A stretch of 63,506 bases of DNA, counting the filler, from Folioceros fuciformis (lineage: Eukaryota), in assembly GCA_049999805.1 (NCBI GenBank). It is 7 parts of 7 records of this genome, joined end to end, with 100 filler letters (N's around TTAATTAATTAA, not from the genome) between each part and the next. Parts side by side here need not be neighbours in the genome. Positions count along the whole stretch, not along the records: positions 9,330 to 34,522 come from JBNGIO010000987.1; 6 more parts are not named here. One strand, given 5' to 3'. Of this stretch, positions 11,680 through 23,846 are shown one piece after another (position 1 is the stretch's first letter; the number at the start of each line of letters is the position of its first letter). The position numbers and the translations under genes were made by a program. The notes under the pieces are model-generated. The model ran no database searches. It saw only the letters and a program-made list of their open reading frames with translations, and was not told where the DNA came from.

Positions 11680-14600
11680 ATGGATCCTCAATCCTCTGCT
11701 AGCAGGCCCTCCACTGACGGATTGGTTAGAAAGGCGCCTGATTATTCTCGCCGGCAGCTCAACGAGGGCTTCTCGAGACGGGGTACTGACAAAGGGTCTG
11801 GTGGAGGGGAGGCCAAACGAAGTTCCTTGCACCAGAGCAGAACAGCATTATCTTTCTCTGAGGAGAAGCAGATTGCAGAGTTTGATCCCAGTGCGTACAG
11901 CGCCACTCAGAGTTTGGCATCTGTGCTGAACAACCCCAAGCTTGGTAAAGCAGGGATCTACAGCTCTGATGGCTCCTGGGGGTCCTGGTTTTTTCCTACC
12001 ACTGCGGATCCGCTTTTTGATTCAGCTCCTCCTCCCTTAGCACCAGGAATTCTGCCAGACATATCAAGGGCTGACTTGCAGCCTTATTTGGACTCGATCT
12101 CGGAATCGTATGGTCGATTTGTGGATGTGCGAGAGCACTTGAATCGGGAGCTTGTCGATCAGGTGTCGGCTGCGAGTAGAGAAGGGGCTGTGGAAATTGA
12201 TGGACGGCAGCAGGGTGAGGGGCTTACAGCTTGTCTTCGTGAGATTCCGGCCTTGTATTTTGATGAGGATTTCGCACTTGAAAATGGATCGACATTCCAA
12301 GCGGCATGTCCTTTCTCCACTATACCTCAGAATATGATGCTGCAGGAGAAATTGACATCTTACTTAGACCTGGTGGAGGTGCATTTGGTCAGGGAGATAG
12401 CAGCACGATCCGATTCATTTTTCGACGCCCAAGGGCAGCTGGAGGGCTTGAACACCTCAATTGTACAGACTTGTGATCAGATTCGAGCGCTTCAGGCTAC
12501 GGTGCAGCTCATGGATGGGGATGTAGTCGATTGTGCAAGGCGTATTCATACGTTGAGCAGTCGTCGCAACAACTTGCTGGCCCTTCATCAGAAGTTGAAA
12601 CTCATAGGATATGTCAGTCAAGCGATCTCAGCTCTCCGACTTGTAAGATGAGATCCTTCCGTTGTGTCCAGTCGGATGATTCAGCGTTATTGGCTCGGAT
12701 TAGCCCCCGTTGTTTCCTCGATTGGGAAATGTGCGCGGGCGGATAGCAGGGGTTTGGCTTTGTACTTTTCTGCTTCCAATCCTCTGGTCCATCGTTATTG
12801 GCTAGGAATTGGGACGTCGTTACTTCGGTTCCTGATCTATGGGAAGTTGCGGTATAGATCTGGCTTATTCGTTTCGTTGCTAACATGGGTACACACTTTG
12901 CCAGCTTGTGGTGGCCGGAGACTGTGGGGGTGCCCTTGATGTCGTTGACAATCTACAGCAATTGCTGGTAAGATACATCCATCCATGCGCTTCGTATTGT
13001 TTCTGTCAGTTTGGCGTTGGCCTTGTAGTAAGGTTACAGATGCAGGGTCTTGTACTGCTCTTTTTTCTTCGAGCCCTTTCAATTGTATGTTTGCGTCTGG
13101 GAGTAGTGTAGTAATGTTCCTTAGTTGTTGCGACGGCTCTCCATGTACATCAGTCGAACTTTGGAACCATGTTGTAGGAAGGTGATGAGCTTGTTGGGCT
13201 GCACTGCTTCAGACATCTTGGTGAACAGCTGACCTCTGCCATGGACGATGTGAACAAGTGAGGCTAGATTTCGGATCCATTGCTTTCAACTGGCACCCTT
13301 TGCTCTATCCTGACATCTTGCCGTGCAGTATGCTGGCAGCTGACTTTGTCCGGACAGCCATTCACCATACATCAGATACATTGCCATCAGCGCTGATAGC
13401 AAGTCACAATGCCAGGAAGAAGCGGCAATTTTCGTCTGTAAAGGAACTCGTGTTGTTCGAGGTAACATGTAGACCTGTTCTTGTAGTCCATGATTTTGTA
13501 CGTCTGCATAGGATGCAGATGCTGGCTGACACACTGCCTCCAAACCCTGCCTATTTATGATGGCATTAAACCCGGGAAGTAATATTATGTTGTGGCTCTG
13601 GCAGCAAGGAAATAGTAATTCTCACCCTTCATGCATTTACAGGCTTAGGATGCTTGTAATTTAGAGTCTGACGTGATCAACATGAGCAGGCCAAAATGGA
13701 CGAGGAGGAAGAAGCTGGACTACGGGAGCAGCTCTTGCCTGTTGTTATTGGATTACTGAGAACCGTAAGTTATCTCGAGTGCGATGTTGGTAGAGGGAGG
13801 CATGGTGATTTTCAGAGGTTTCTATGGAGTTTGTAGGCAGGCTTAAGGGATGTGACGACATTTTTCTTCTTTAAACCTTTTTAAACATGACTCCACTCTT
13901 CCAAGGTTTATTGAATGGTCCGATTTTTTTCAACTATCAAAGAACATTTACCCTCTGCTAATAGAGGGTTGTTTGTGAGACAGTCAAAATTGCCTGCAGT
14001 CCTAAGAATCTACAGAGACACGCTAATTACCGATATCAAGGCAGCAATCAAGTCTGTTGTGACAGAGCTTCTTCCTGTTCTGTTTACTCGTGCTGCTCCT
14101 GAAAGTAATTTGCCTCCTGCTGACAAGACTGATTCAGAGGGTGAGGTTGCTTTCACCTTTTTGTCAGGTCTGAATAGCAAGTAATTTGGCTAGCCTTTAA
14201 TTCTCACGCACAGTCTGGTTTTCCGATTGTGTAGCAGTGGGTGGTGCCCATAAACTGAAGGGACTATCAGCTGAGAATTTTGTGCAGTTGCTCACTGCTG
14301 TATTCTCGATCGTGCAGGTACAGTGAAATTCGCAGCACATTGAACAGGATATGCTTCATTCTATAGTTTATGTTGCAGGATTAACGCGTTTGAATTCCTG
14401 GTTACACACAGGCTCGACTGAACAGAGCTGCACAAGTCAGGGCAGTGATTGAGCAGATTGTGGGGGGTCTACAGGGTAGCTATGCTGCTGCTGCTGTTGC
14501 TGCAGCATTTGCGTCAGGTGCAGCTGCAGCGGCTGCTGCTGAAGCAGCTCAGGAGGTGGAACAGAACACACTACGTGCTGGGTCCGGTGCTGTGATGCGA

Positions 14601-17456
14601 GAGTCAGCTTCAAGCAGTCTTTCATCCATAACAAGAGGGAATGCTTCAAATATGTCTAAACAGTTCCGGTAACTCCTGCTATTGGTCCTCTTTTTTCTTA
14701 ATGATTAGAATGTTTAGACTGGGAGGTCCTCAGGTCTTAGGGAGTGTGCTGTATGTTCAAATAGTCTGAATTGTAACCGGGAAATTGCAGGGCAGATGTC
14801 CTGAGGGAGAATACAGAAGCTGTTTGTGCTGCGTGCGATGCAGCGCATCAGCGCTGGGCTAAGTTGCTCGGTGTCCGAGGAGCTATTCACCCAAAGCTTC
14901 GTCTCCAGGAGTTTGTGAGCATATATAGCACGACTCAGGATTTTATCTCAACAACTGAAAAGGTCAGCACATAGCTTACCACCAGGTCTGGGTAACTCTG
15001 TGACCACCTATATTTTCCAGGAAGATTTCTTTTGAACCCGTCATGATATATTGGCCTTCTAAACAGGTTGGGGGCCGTCTGGGGTACAGCATTCGTGGTA
15101 CCTTGCAATCACAGTCCAAATCATTTGTGGACACTCAGCACACCATGCGTGTAACTTTCTTACAGAGCGGTTTTTGATTCATAGAAGTTTGAGAGCATCG
15201 CTTTTTTGGTCATGCACAATCAGAGCGTATGAGGACAACAAATTGTTCTGGTTGACTGTGACAGGTCTCAAAGATCACAGCTGTTTTGGAACAAGAGACA
15301 TGGGTGGCTATTGATGCTCCTGAAGAATTTCAGCTGATTGTGGATGCTTTCACAAACAACAGACAGAGAACTGGTCAGGCCGACTCAGTTGTCTTGCTTA
15401 GCAGGACTTCCAGTGGAACCACTGGTGTTGCTGTCAGTGACACTCAGGTGAATGGCAGCGAGGAACCTGAGCAGTCTATCAATGCTGAAGAGCATAGGAC
15501 AAAAGAGACTGAAGGCGGGGAGAGAACAGGAGGATCTGAGGGTGGGCAAGAAAATGGTGTTGAACTGAAACAGCCACCGCAGGTTGAGACCTTGTCTGCT
15601 GGCAGTCTCCAGTTGGAAGTAGCTGCACCAAAACCCAGAAAGGGCAGGGAGAAACTATCTGTCAAGACTCTAGTCATTCGGGGCACAAGTTATTATGCCG
15701 TAAATAGGTAAGTATTACTCATTCTCCATGTACACTGACGCTTTTATGTGCATTATGCTTATTGTATTGCTGTGATATTCAGCTGTTCTTGTATCTGTTC
15801 TCTGCTCTTTGGCTTCGTGCAGTGGCCTTATCTTGCTGAAGATGATTTCCGAGTACATGGACATTACAAATGCTATACCAACATTAGTGACCGAAGTAGT
15901 GCATCGAATCGCTGAAATTCTGAAGCTCTTCAATTCCCGGACATGCCAGCTTGTCCTAGGCGCTGGTGCCATGCAGGTTGTGATAATGACTGAATTGACT
16001 TCTATCGTTGCTGGTTTGAGAAGGCTCGGCTCATTGAACTATGAGATATGAATCACCTGCCAGGTATCTGGTTTGAAGTCAATAACAGCGAAGCACCTTG
16101 CACTATCAAGTCAAAGCATAAGCTTTTTTTTGGCGTTGATTCCAGGTAATTGTTGCTTGTACTGACTGATGGGACTTTACAGGTTCAACGTGCATGCACT
16201 TACGCACCAGTATGATTTGAAAGCTGATGAACTGACAAATCTTAGCTGGCAGATATTAGAAGACTGCTGTCGTTCCACATTCCAGAATCACGGAAAGCAT
16301 TACTATTGACTGAGCTCGATCGAATAGGCCAAGTAAGTTGCTGCCATGTCTCAGTTGCCTTAATCTTGTTTATGAAGCGAAATTCAAGTTCAGTGGGCCA
16401 AGGCCTCATGTCTCTGTTTTTGACGTTCTTGGTAAGTTAGAAACCTAAACTAGGGTGGAAAGCTACCGTAAACCTCTTTGAAAAAACGTTCTGCGGACGA
16501 CTGGATGGCAATTGTCCTAGGCTCTCTTTAAGTGCTGGTGCAAGCCTTAGGGCCTATTGCTTACTTTGGCAACGTTTGTAAGCCTGTTGATGTAACTGTA
16601 AAGAGTTGAATATTGTGATCAGGACTACAAAGTGCATAGGGACGAGATTCACTCCAAATTGGTCCAAATAATGAAAGAGCGCCTCGCAACTCATCTGCGG
16701 GCAATCCCTCAGACTGTGGAGATGTGGAACAAGACTGATGACTCTGATGGCCAACCAAGCCAGTTTGCTCGTGGGCTTACCAAGGTAACGCGAGAAGCCA
16801 CACCTTGCATTTTGATTATGGATTCATGGAGAATAATCAGACATACGATGTCTGAGGATCCTTGGCCTGTGTCCCGATGACCGACTCTCGTGCTGCATGC
16901 TAATTGACATTCCTAGGAAGTGGGAGTCCTGCATCGAGTGTTGTCGCCTATTTTGCTGGAAGCTGATGTCAAGTCAGTGTTCACGTAAGTCGTGTTTCCT
17001 TCTGCCGTAGGACTTCCTCGTTGTAGAGGAGACATGACTTTCCAGGTTAACAGTGCTCTACGAGTAATTTTGGATTGCAACGTGAAGCTAAGGCCGTCTT
17101 TCTGACGACTTCAGCTATTCTACGTTTGGATCTGCAGGCGCGTTGTTGCCTTGTTTCATTCACAACTTGCTGACGCTTTCTTGAAGATCGAAGTGAACAG
17201 TCCTCAGGCGAAGCGGAGGTTTCTAGCTCTCCCTGACCTTGGCCACGATGGGAAGCCACCTTTCGGCGTGTCCTTGTAGTGGTGCCTACTAACAACAAAC
17301 CTTCCCTTTTGGTCCAGGTTGTACCGCGATATCCACTGTATTCTCCAATGTATGCATACTCTTCCATCAGATGCCTTGAACCAGGATGGCACACACAAGA
17401 AAGGGGAACTCGACGACTTCCTGCTGCAGAAGTTTGGGGATGATAATCCTTTGTAG
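11680..17456 (+). CDS. VPS54: Vacuolar protein sorting-associated protein 54 (GARP complex), about 18 exons
   Basis: QSLASVLNNP, ACLREIPALYFDEDFALENGSTFQAACPF, LQEKLTSYLDLVEVHLVREIAARSDSFFDAQGQL, LKLFNSRTCQLVLGAGAMQ|VSGLKSITAKHLALSSQ, DYKVHRDEIHSKLVQIMKER. Last exon ...GELDDFLLQKFGDDNPL* ends at 17456. Confidence 0.95.
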
Positions 17457-19099
17457 ATGGAGCGCATGGGCGCAGGAATACTGGCGAGAGAATCAGTTTT
17501 CCTTTGTAGGTGAAGCACAGTTGCGATTTGGGAATACTATGGAACGGGAACAATTTGCCCTATCTTGTCAGATTTTTCTGCGGCGCTTTCGTAAGCTACC
17601 TGCTCAACTTCCCGCACGTCACGTGAGGTATGTTATCCAATGTTGAGGTTGATGGTGTTGGTGTTTATGGTTTTCAACGTGAAAGACTGATCACATCAAC
17701 CGCATCTCCAGTTGACAGGAGGAGGAAGGTAGCACAATTTCTTCCTTGGTAACGATCTGGTTAGCATGTTTGATCTACTGTTCCACTAGTGAAAGATTCA
17801 CACGAAGCAAAGCTTCAATACTTGACGCGTAGGCAACATTGTGACCCAACATATTAGCATGAGTGCCATTGCACGTGCCACGGTTGTGCATACCGTTTTC
17901 ATCGCGGAATAATGTACGTCGTTATTGATGCACTAGATTTGCTCGAAAGGTGGCATGCGAACATGCTTTCTTTCTGGTAGGCGATATCGCAAGCCTCCTT
18001 AGGATCGTGGAAGTTCATGGTTGGGTTAAAACGTTCTATGGAAGTTCAAGGCCCTTGAGGCGTTTACGACGGGAGTTGATTGGTCTGGACAGATCTGCAG
18101 TACATCACTGTAAACACGTGCAATATGAGTACTGTACATAGTATGTTTTTCCCTTGTCTCTTCTCACAGGGCAGCAGGTGGCTCAGACCACGGTAGTCTT
18201 GCAGGCGGTAAACGTTTTTGGGCTGGCTGTACGAGCTTTGGTGAGTTGTTTGGTATGGATGGAATTTTTTTCATTAAATACATGAATCTAAGTGGATTAA
18301 ATGATTTAAATTAGGTGAAAAAATAAAGAGAGGGAGGGGGGGGGGGTTGTGAAATAATCTAATTGCTGTCTTGTGTGTCTGAAGAGTAGCTGTCTTATTG
18401 AAGAATGCATGTGTTGCATGCTCCATGCAAAACCCTTAGGAGATTGCAAAACTCTTGAAAGAGTGGTTGCCTTGTTGACAATGCATGCTTTATTCAAAAT
18501 TGTAGAAAGAATGGTTGCCTATGTGATATATAAGGACTAGAGCACACTTTAAGGTATGCAACTTTGTGTAGGAACACTCATTCCCTAAGGAGATTACATT
18601 GTGAATCTTGTGTTGGGAGAGAACTTGGAAAGCAAGCTTGTTAAGAACCAAAGGGCATAGCCAGTTGGGTGTAGATGGCCAAACCCAATCGTGTAAGGCT
18701 TTCAAATGAAGAGCAGACCAGCACTTACAACCTCAAGGAGGTGGTCCAGGAGCGAAGAAGCTATTCATCTTCATTGAGTTATGCCATTGAAAGGGTCTAA
18801 ACCAATGTTAGACATCACAAACCGGCCCAAAATAGGTACAGGCAGTCAACGCTGTACAGTTAAATGCAATGAACAGCCAACATTGTACAGTAAAATGCAG
18901 TGAAAGCTAGAAACAGGGTTGCCAAATAGGAGCTTATGCATCACCACATAATCCAAGTATACAAGCATGGCCATTGAACACGTCGATGGTGAGATAGGTG
19001 TATGGATGGTGAGAGCCCTTGGCACCCCTCATGTACCCCTCAGAAAGCTACCCCTTAGAAAGCTCTGACCACTGCTTTTGTGCCCCTTCGAAAACAGTG

Positions 19100-19180
19100 A
19101 ACTCATAACTCTGTAAAGATATTTAATTAACTAGTGCAGTCAACTCATAACTTTGTAAAGATATTTAGCTAGTGCCGTCC
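19100..19180. repeat. Short tandem duplication, about 42 bp x2
   Basis: 'aactcataact(c/t)tgtaaagatattta...ctagtgc(a/c)gtc' occurs twice. Confidence 0.75.
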
Positions 19181-19978
19181 AAGAGTTGTCAATGGTGGGT
19201 AGGCTACTTGGAGCCTAGTGGTGTGTGGTGAAAGTTGAGTAAGATCTAAGGTACTTGTTCCTCCCTTTCACAAGAAGGGGGTGTTTACTAAACATGAACT
19301 ACATACTCTCTTAACTCCAAAATGAGCACTAGTCTTAAATTGAGACTTCAACCATATCATAGCCAAGCTGCAAAAACATTAAACGATAAGTTTTGCTTCA
19401 TTTTCTAGCAAGAGGCGAGTGCAAATATATATTTATGTGCCACATATGGTATCCTCAACCCTATAGGTTGGGAGAATATGTATCTTCCAAGAACCACGAA
19501 TGCACCATATGCTGGCTGAGCACACCTAGAACTGCAAGAGCATAATAGGCATCGTTGATAAACCCCGGAACTCATCAATTAGTGTTTGTCATTGGTAATG
19601 CTCCCCGGAGAGATAATGCCAAAGGGGAGAGGGAACATGCCAAGGTTTGGCCGTCACAAATGTCAAGGTTGAGACATGGCTTCATGGTGGACCCAGGGTT
19701 TGGACCCTGACATTAGTTTGTGAAGACCAAATGAACCCCTACGACAGCTATACACCACCGTACCGGGAGAACAAGGCAGAAGAGAAAGCTAAGGATGACG
19801 ATTACACAATTAGTTCCGCTTACGGCATTAAACCCGGAGAAACCAGGCTTTGGATCAGCCACGACTGTGGACGAAATAGGAGAACAAGAAGGAAGAAAGT
19901 TGATCTCCAGAGAACGAGTAGCCAGCGACGGATGTAGAGGCACGGACGAAGAAATCGATAGTCTCCGCGAATGTTGTC

Positions 19979-21601
19979 CTAAGCTGGTACAGCAGAGGCA
20001 ACCTCAGGCAAAGGGCTCTGCAGGCTTTTCTTGCTCGCACCGTACTTTCTTGTGATAAACCTGAAGAAGTCCCTCCACAAAAGCTCAAAAAGGAGGGAGT
20101 TCAATCTCACATCCGCACTCCCAAGCCTGGAAGCATCTGAAGATAATGACTTGGCAACCCTACCACCCGCCTCCTTCAGATCCGCGAACACTCGCCGAGG
20201 GGACATGCATCCCATGAACAGCCAAGGCGATATCTTGCAAGAGAAGTTCGCAACGAACATGCTGGTGCCAGACGCATCCTGTGTCCCACTTGAGGCGGCA
20301 GCCGAACCACCAGACCCAGAACCTGCGGCTTGAGGCAGCATCTCACTAACAAACAAGCTGAGCTTCTTCAACGCCTCCGTCTCCCCTCCAATCATTGCAG
20401 CTTTACCCCCAAACTCCCCACCATCCCTCGGCCGGACCGCTGGGCTCAGGCCAAGCTGCTGCAATGTAGGAATCTCGCCTTCGCTGATCTTCCCTCGCAA
20501 CGTTGGCAGCCCTTTGAGCTGCTTGGGGGTTTCAATCACAGGCCGCACCTGCACGCTCTGCAGCTGGTCCCGGAACCCGCTGTAGTTCGGCGGCATCTGT
20601 TCCAAGCTGAACGGCAAATCCTCCACATGATACAGCGTGCTCCCCCAAAAGAACTTCACATCCACCCCCTCCTCCTTCAGCGCCGCGCTCACCTTCTCCT
20701 CCGCCTGAAGCTCCTCGTACGATACCTCCTGGTGCGCATAACAGGCATCCGCCCCCACCGCCTTCGCCAGCTTCGGCAGCTCTTCCTCCGGATTCCCAAC
20801 CCTCACCACCAGCTCCGACCCCCGCTCCCTCAGACTCTCCCGCAGATTCCCCACCGACTCCAGCAGGAACTGCGCCCGGTACGGCCCTGTCCTGTCGAAC
20901 CCGGAGGACGATTTTCCGTAGTCCCGCGGGTCAAAGCAGTACACCGGCACCATGCTCAAAGAATCGTGGCTCGCCGCCACCAGCGCCTCGTTGTCATGCA
21001 CCCGCAGATCATTGCGGAACCACACAATGCAGGCCCGCCGCAACGCAGCCCCGCTCCCCGGCCTGTTGAATGCCCTTCCGGAATCCCGCAGCCTGAGGAA
21101 ATCCGGAAATGCAGACGCAAAGCCAACACGAGCTCTGCTCTGAACCCTCCCGTCCACAGCCTGCGCCGCTGCATCCACGGTCACTCCCAGCTTCGAGCTC
21201 GGGGCCACAGCCACGGGAGCCACACTCCGCTTTTGCGAGGGCAGCGAAGGCGATGCAGCTTGAGCTCCCGCGGCTGCTGCCTTAGGTGCCAAGCCAGATG
21301 CAGGCAAAGCCGGCCTGAAGGCAAGCTTGGAGGGAGCCAGGAGCGAGCCTAGGGCCAGGGAGATGGACGCCACCCCACCGAAATGTGGCCGGAATGGCAC
21401 CGACGGGGCAGACACAGCTGCCGCTGCTGCATCCTCTTGCTCCCCTTCTGCCGCCACTTCTTCCGTGGCCGAGCCCTGGAAGGCTGAGGGGACGGGATTC
21501 AGGCTGGGGGAGTCGGCCAGGACCCGGTCGATGTTGCCGTCCATGATCAGCTCCAGGTCCAGCAGCGCATGCAGGTCGCCATTGCCGCTCTCCCACCCCA
21601 T
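19979..21601 (-). CDS. PHR2: Blue-light photoreceptor PHR2 (photolyase/cryptochrome family, truncated FAD domain), single exon
   Basis: RRACIVWFRNDLRVHDNEAL, VYCFDPRDYGKSSSGFDRTGPYRAQFL, FWGSTLYH, GGETEAL, FSCKISPWL, LLFELLWRDFFRFITRKY, followed by an early end as in PHR2. Confidence 0.92.
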   Translation of the reverse strand: MGWESGNGDLHALLDLELIMDGNIDRVLADSPSLNPVPSAFQGSATEEVAAEGEQEDAAAAAVSAPSVPFRPHFGGVASISLALGSLLAPSKLAFRPALPASGLAPKAAAAGAQAASPSLPSQKRSVAPVAVAPSSKLGVTVDAAAQAVDGRVQSRARVGFASAFPDFLRLRDSGRAFNRPGSGAALRRACIVWFRNDLRVHDNEALVAASHDSLSMVPVYCFDPRDYGKSSSGFDRTGPYRAQFLLESVGNLRESLRERGSELVVRVGNPEEELPKLAKAVGADACYAHQEVSYEELQAEEKVSAALKEEGVDVKFFWGSTLYHVEDLPFSLEQMPPNYSGFRDQLQSVQVRPVIETPKQLKGLPTLRGKISEGEIPTLQQLGLSPAVRPRDGGEFGGKAAMIGGETEALKKLSLFVSEMLPQAAGSGSGGSAAASSGTQDASGTSMFVANFSCKISPWLFMGCMSPRRVFADLKEAGGRVAKSLSSDASRLGSADVRLNSLLFELLWRDFFRFITRKYGASKKSLQSPLPEVASAVPA

Positions 21602-21985
21602 CCTGAACGCACCGTAAGATCCTCAAGCCCCAAACACTTCACTCGCTTCCTGCTGCTAAGGCCTCCAAGGTGGAGTTCTTCATCTGACTGACGACCTACC
21701 TTATCGGATACTGCGAAGCTTGTCGTAAGCCGGTTCAATAAGCCGGCTAAGTCCGTAAGGCTCCCGCTTGCGAAGCCTGCAGTTTAAAAACCAGGCCGTG
21801 GAGGAAAAAAAATTGGTGGCACGGAGAGGAACGCGGGAGAAGGTAAGGAAGGCCTGAATCTCGTCGGGTAGGGGCAAAGCATCGGTGGATGAGACAATCC
21901 GTGTTCTGCAACCCCGACAGTGTGGTGGCTCGGCGAGCTCAATTTCATTGTATCCAGTCTTCCTCCAACTTGCCCATGATTGTTC

Positions 21986-22563
21986 ATGTCGGAGATGGAT
22001 GTGAGTGAGATTCGTGTTCTGGCTGTCGGCAGTGTGGGTGGTATGAGGCTAATTTGGTGTTGGTGGCTTGTGGGCACAGTATACGACAAACTTTCTGGGT
22101 ATCTCCTGTGGGGGCATGCTGGCATCGATATGCGAACGCACTTTCTCACTGGCTTCAGGTTGAAGACAACAGGCTGGAGCTGCACACATAGACACCCGTA
22201 ATGTCTCCAACAATTGATGCAGTCGGGCATCGTCTGGTTGCTGATGACAGTTTGAGATTCAGACCAAGTCCAAGAGGCAGCAGCTTCATCCGGGAGCGTC
22301 CAGTGCAGGGTATTGTGCAACTTGCAATCTGTTGCTTGTTGTGCTGGGAGATATCGATACTGATTGAGGCTTGCATTTGGCAGCGCATTCGGTACTTCTG
22401 GCGTTCGCTTTGGCAGAACTGGGCGTGTAATTATGCAGGCTGCATGAAAGAAGTGGAAGACAGCGGGGAGTTGGGTGTGACCACTCCCTGGCAGGTCCAC
22501 TCCTTGAAGGAGGGCTTTCTGCCGGCTGTGCAAGCTGCTCTAGAAGGGTTTCGCGACTACTGA
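21986..22563 (+). pseudogene. Spliced gene of unknown family with an in-frame stop (pseudogene, or uORF plus small ORF)
   Basis: ATG 21986, donor GTGAGT 22001, acceptor ttcag 22158, donor after about 22309, acceptor tatgcag about 22438. Frame is preserved, with TAG at 22189 and TGA at 22561. Confidence 0.35.
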
Positions 22564-23846
22564 AATCAGCAAACGGTGAAGGCCGGCCGAGGGATTCCAG
22601 CATATGTGTCTGCAGTCGTTTTGCAGGAGCAAGCAGGGTGGTGACACCACGACCATATAAAGCAGGCGTGGAGAATTTTGTTGATCGTGGAGATGCTAGG
22701 GGATATACACAATGTGGCACCCGAGGCCTCTCCTCCCTTAGGTCTTCTGTTGCCAACGGGGGTGCGAGCTACGAGCTGGGTGGCTGGTGGCCTGTCGTTG
22801 TGTGCGCTGAATGTTGAGTGTACTGACGATGCCTTCCGTTCGCAGTACTTGTTGATGGCGAGGGAGAACGCCCTCGGGGCATGCCTCTTTCTTGCTGTCT
22901 GGCATTCTCGGTCCTCCTTCCAAACACGTAATGCATCCAGCTTGCAATCAGTACCGGATGCAGAACAGCAAGAAGGAAGGGTGTGCCATTGGCAGACTGG
23001 CAGGGGAGACCAATTCAGACTTTGGATAGGGCGCGGCTCCGCATGCTAAGGAAGGTGCTCGGTCCGTGATAGCAATCCAGGAGCACAGGAAATGCGAGCT
23101 GCAGCTCCGAAGTCTGGGTGACCCTCCCACATCTCGTTTGGGGTGCGCAATCGGGCCAGTAGGCGAATTTGTCGATCACCTTTGTTGAGATCAAGCGCAC
23201 GACGAATCATCGAGCTGATCGGCGTGCCCGAATGGTCGCTTGTGTGATCACTCTGGCACGCCCTCGCCAAGCTTGCGCTCCCGATCCCAAACCACTTTTG
23301 CCTGTCACTGTTCGAATGCTCCAGTTCAAGACGGCAGATGAACCTCTTTCAAAGAACATTCGATTCTTATCACAGATGCAGGCACATCGAGAATGCTGCA
23401 ATGCTGCCAATCTTCCTTCTCTCGTAGCCGCTGAAGATCGAGAATGCTGCCAATCTGCCTTCTGTCGTAGCCCAGGAAGTCCCACAGGGTTAGAACAGAT
23501 TGGCGGATGCCTGCTTGGAGTGATGCCACCTGGCCCAGACTGCCTCCCAGCTGCCACTTGGCCGAAAGGTTGATAAGCTTAGTGCAGACCGTGATTCCCA
23601 TACTGCTGCAGACGGCGGGAAACGAGATAGCTAGTATTTCGGAGGAGAAGCAGGGCGGCGAACATGACGACGGTGGAAGCCGCGGCCCCTCTGCGAAATT
23701 GGCGAAACGGGGCTCCATCTTCGATACCAACAGGACAGCGGTAGCACCGGTGGCAGCAGAGTGTGAGCTCCGCGTTCTAGGCAGCTCGGAGAAAGCATGG
23801 AGAAACGAGACACAGTGCGAGATGTTTCACTTCCGTCCGCCATGCT

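Noticed and set aside
18400..18800. Cys-rich decayed frame resembling a LOB domain
   Set aside because: Cys spacing does not fit and there are multiple stops; unassignable.
20330..21352. 340-aa plus-strand ORF
   Set aside because: Antisense shadow of the GC-rich PHR2 CDS; no recognisable motifs.
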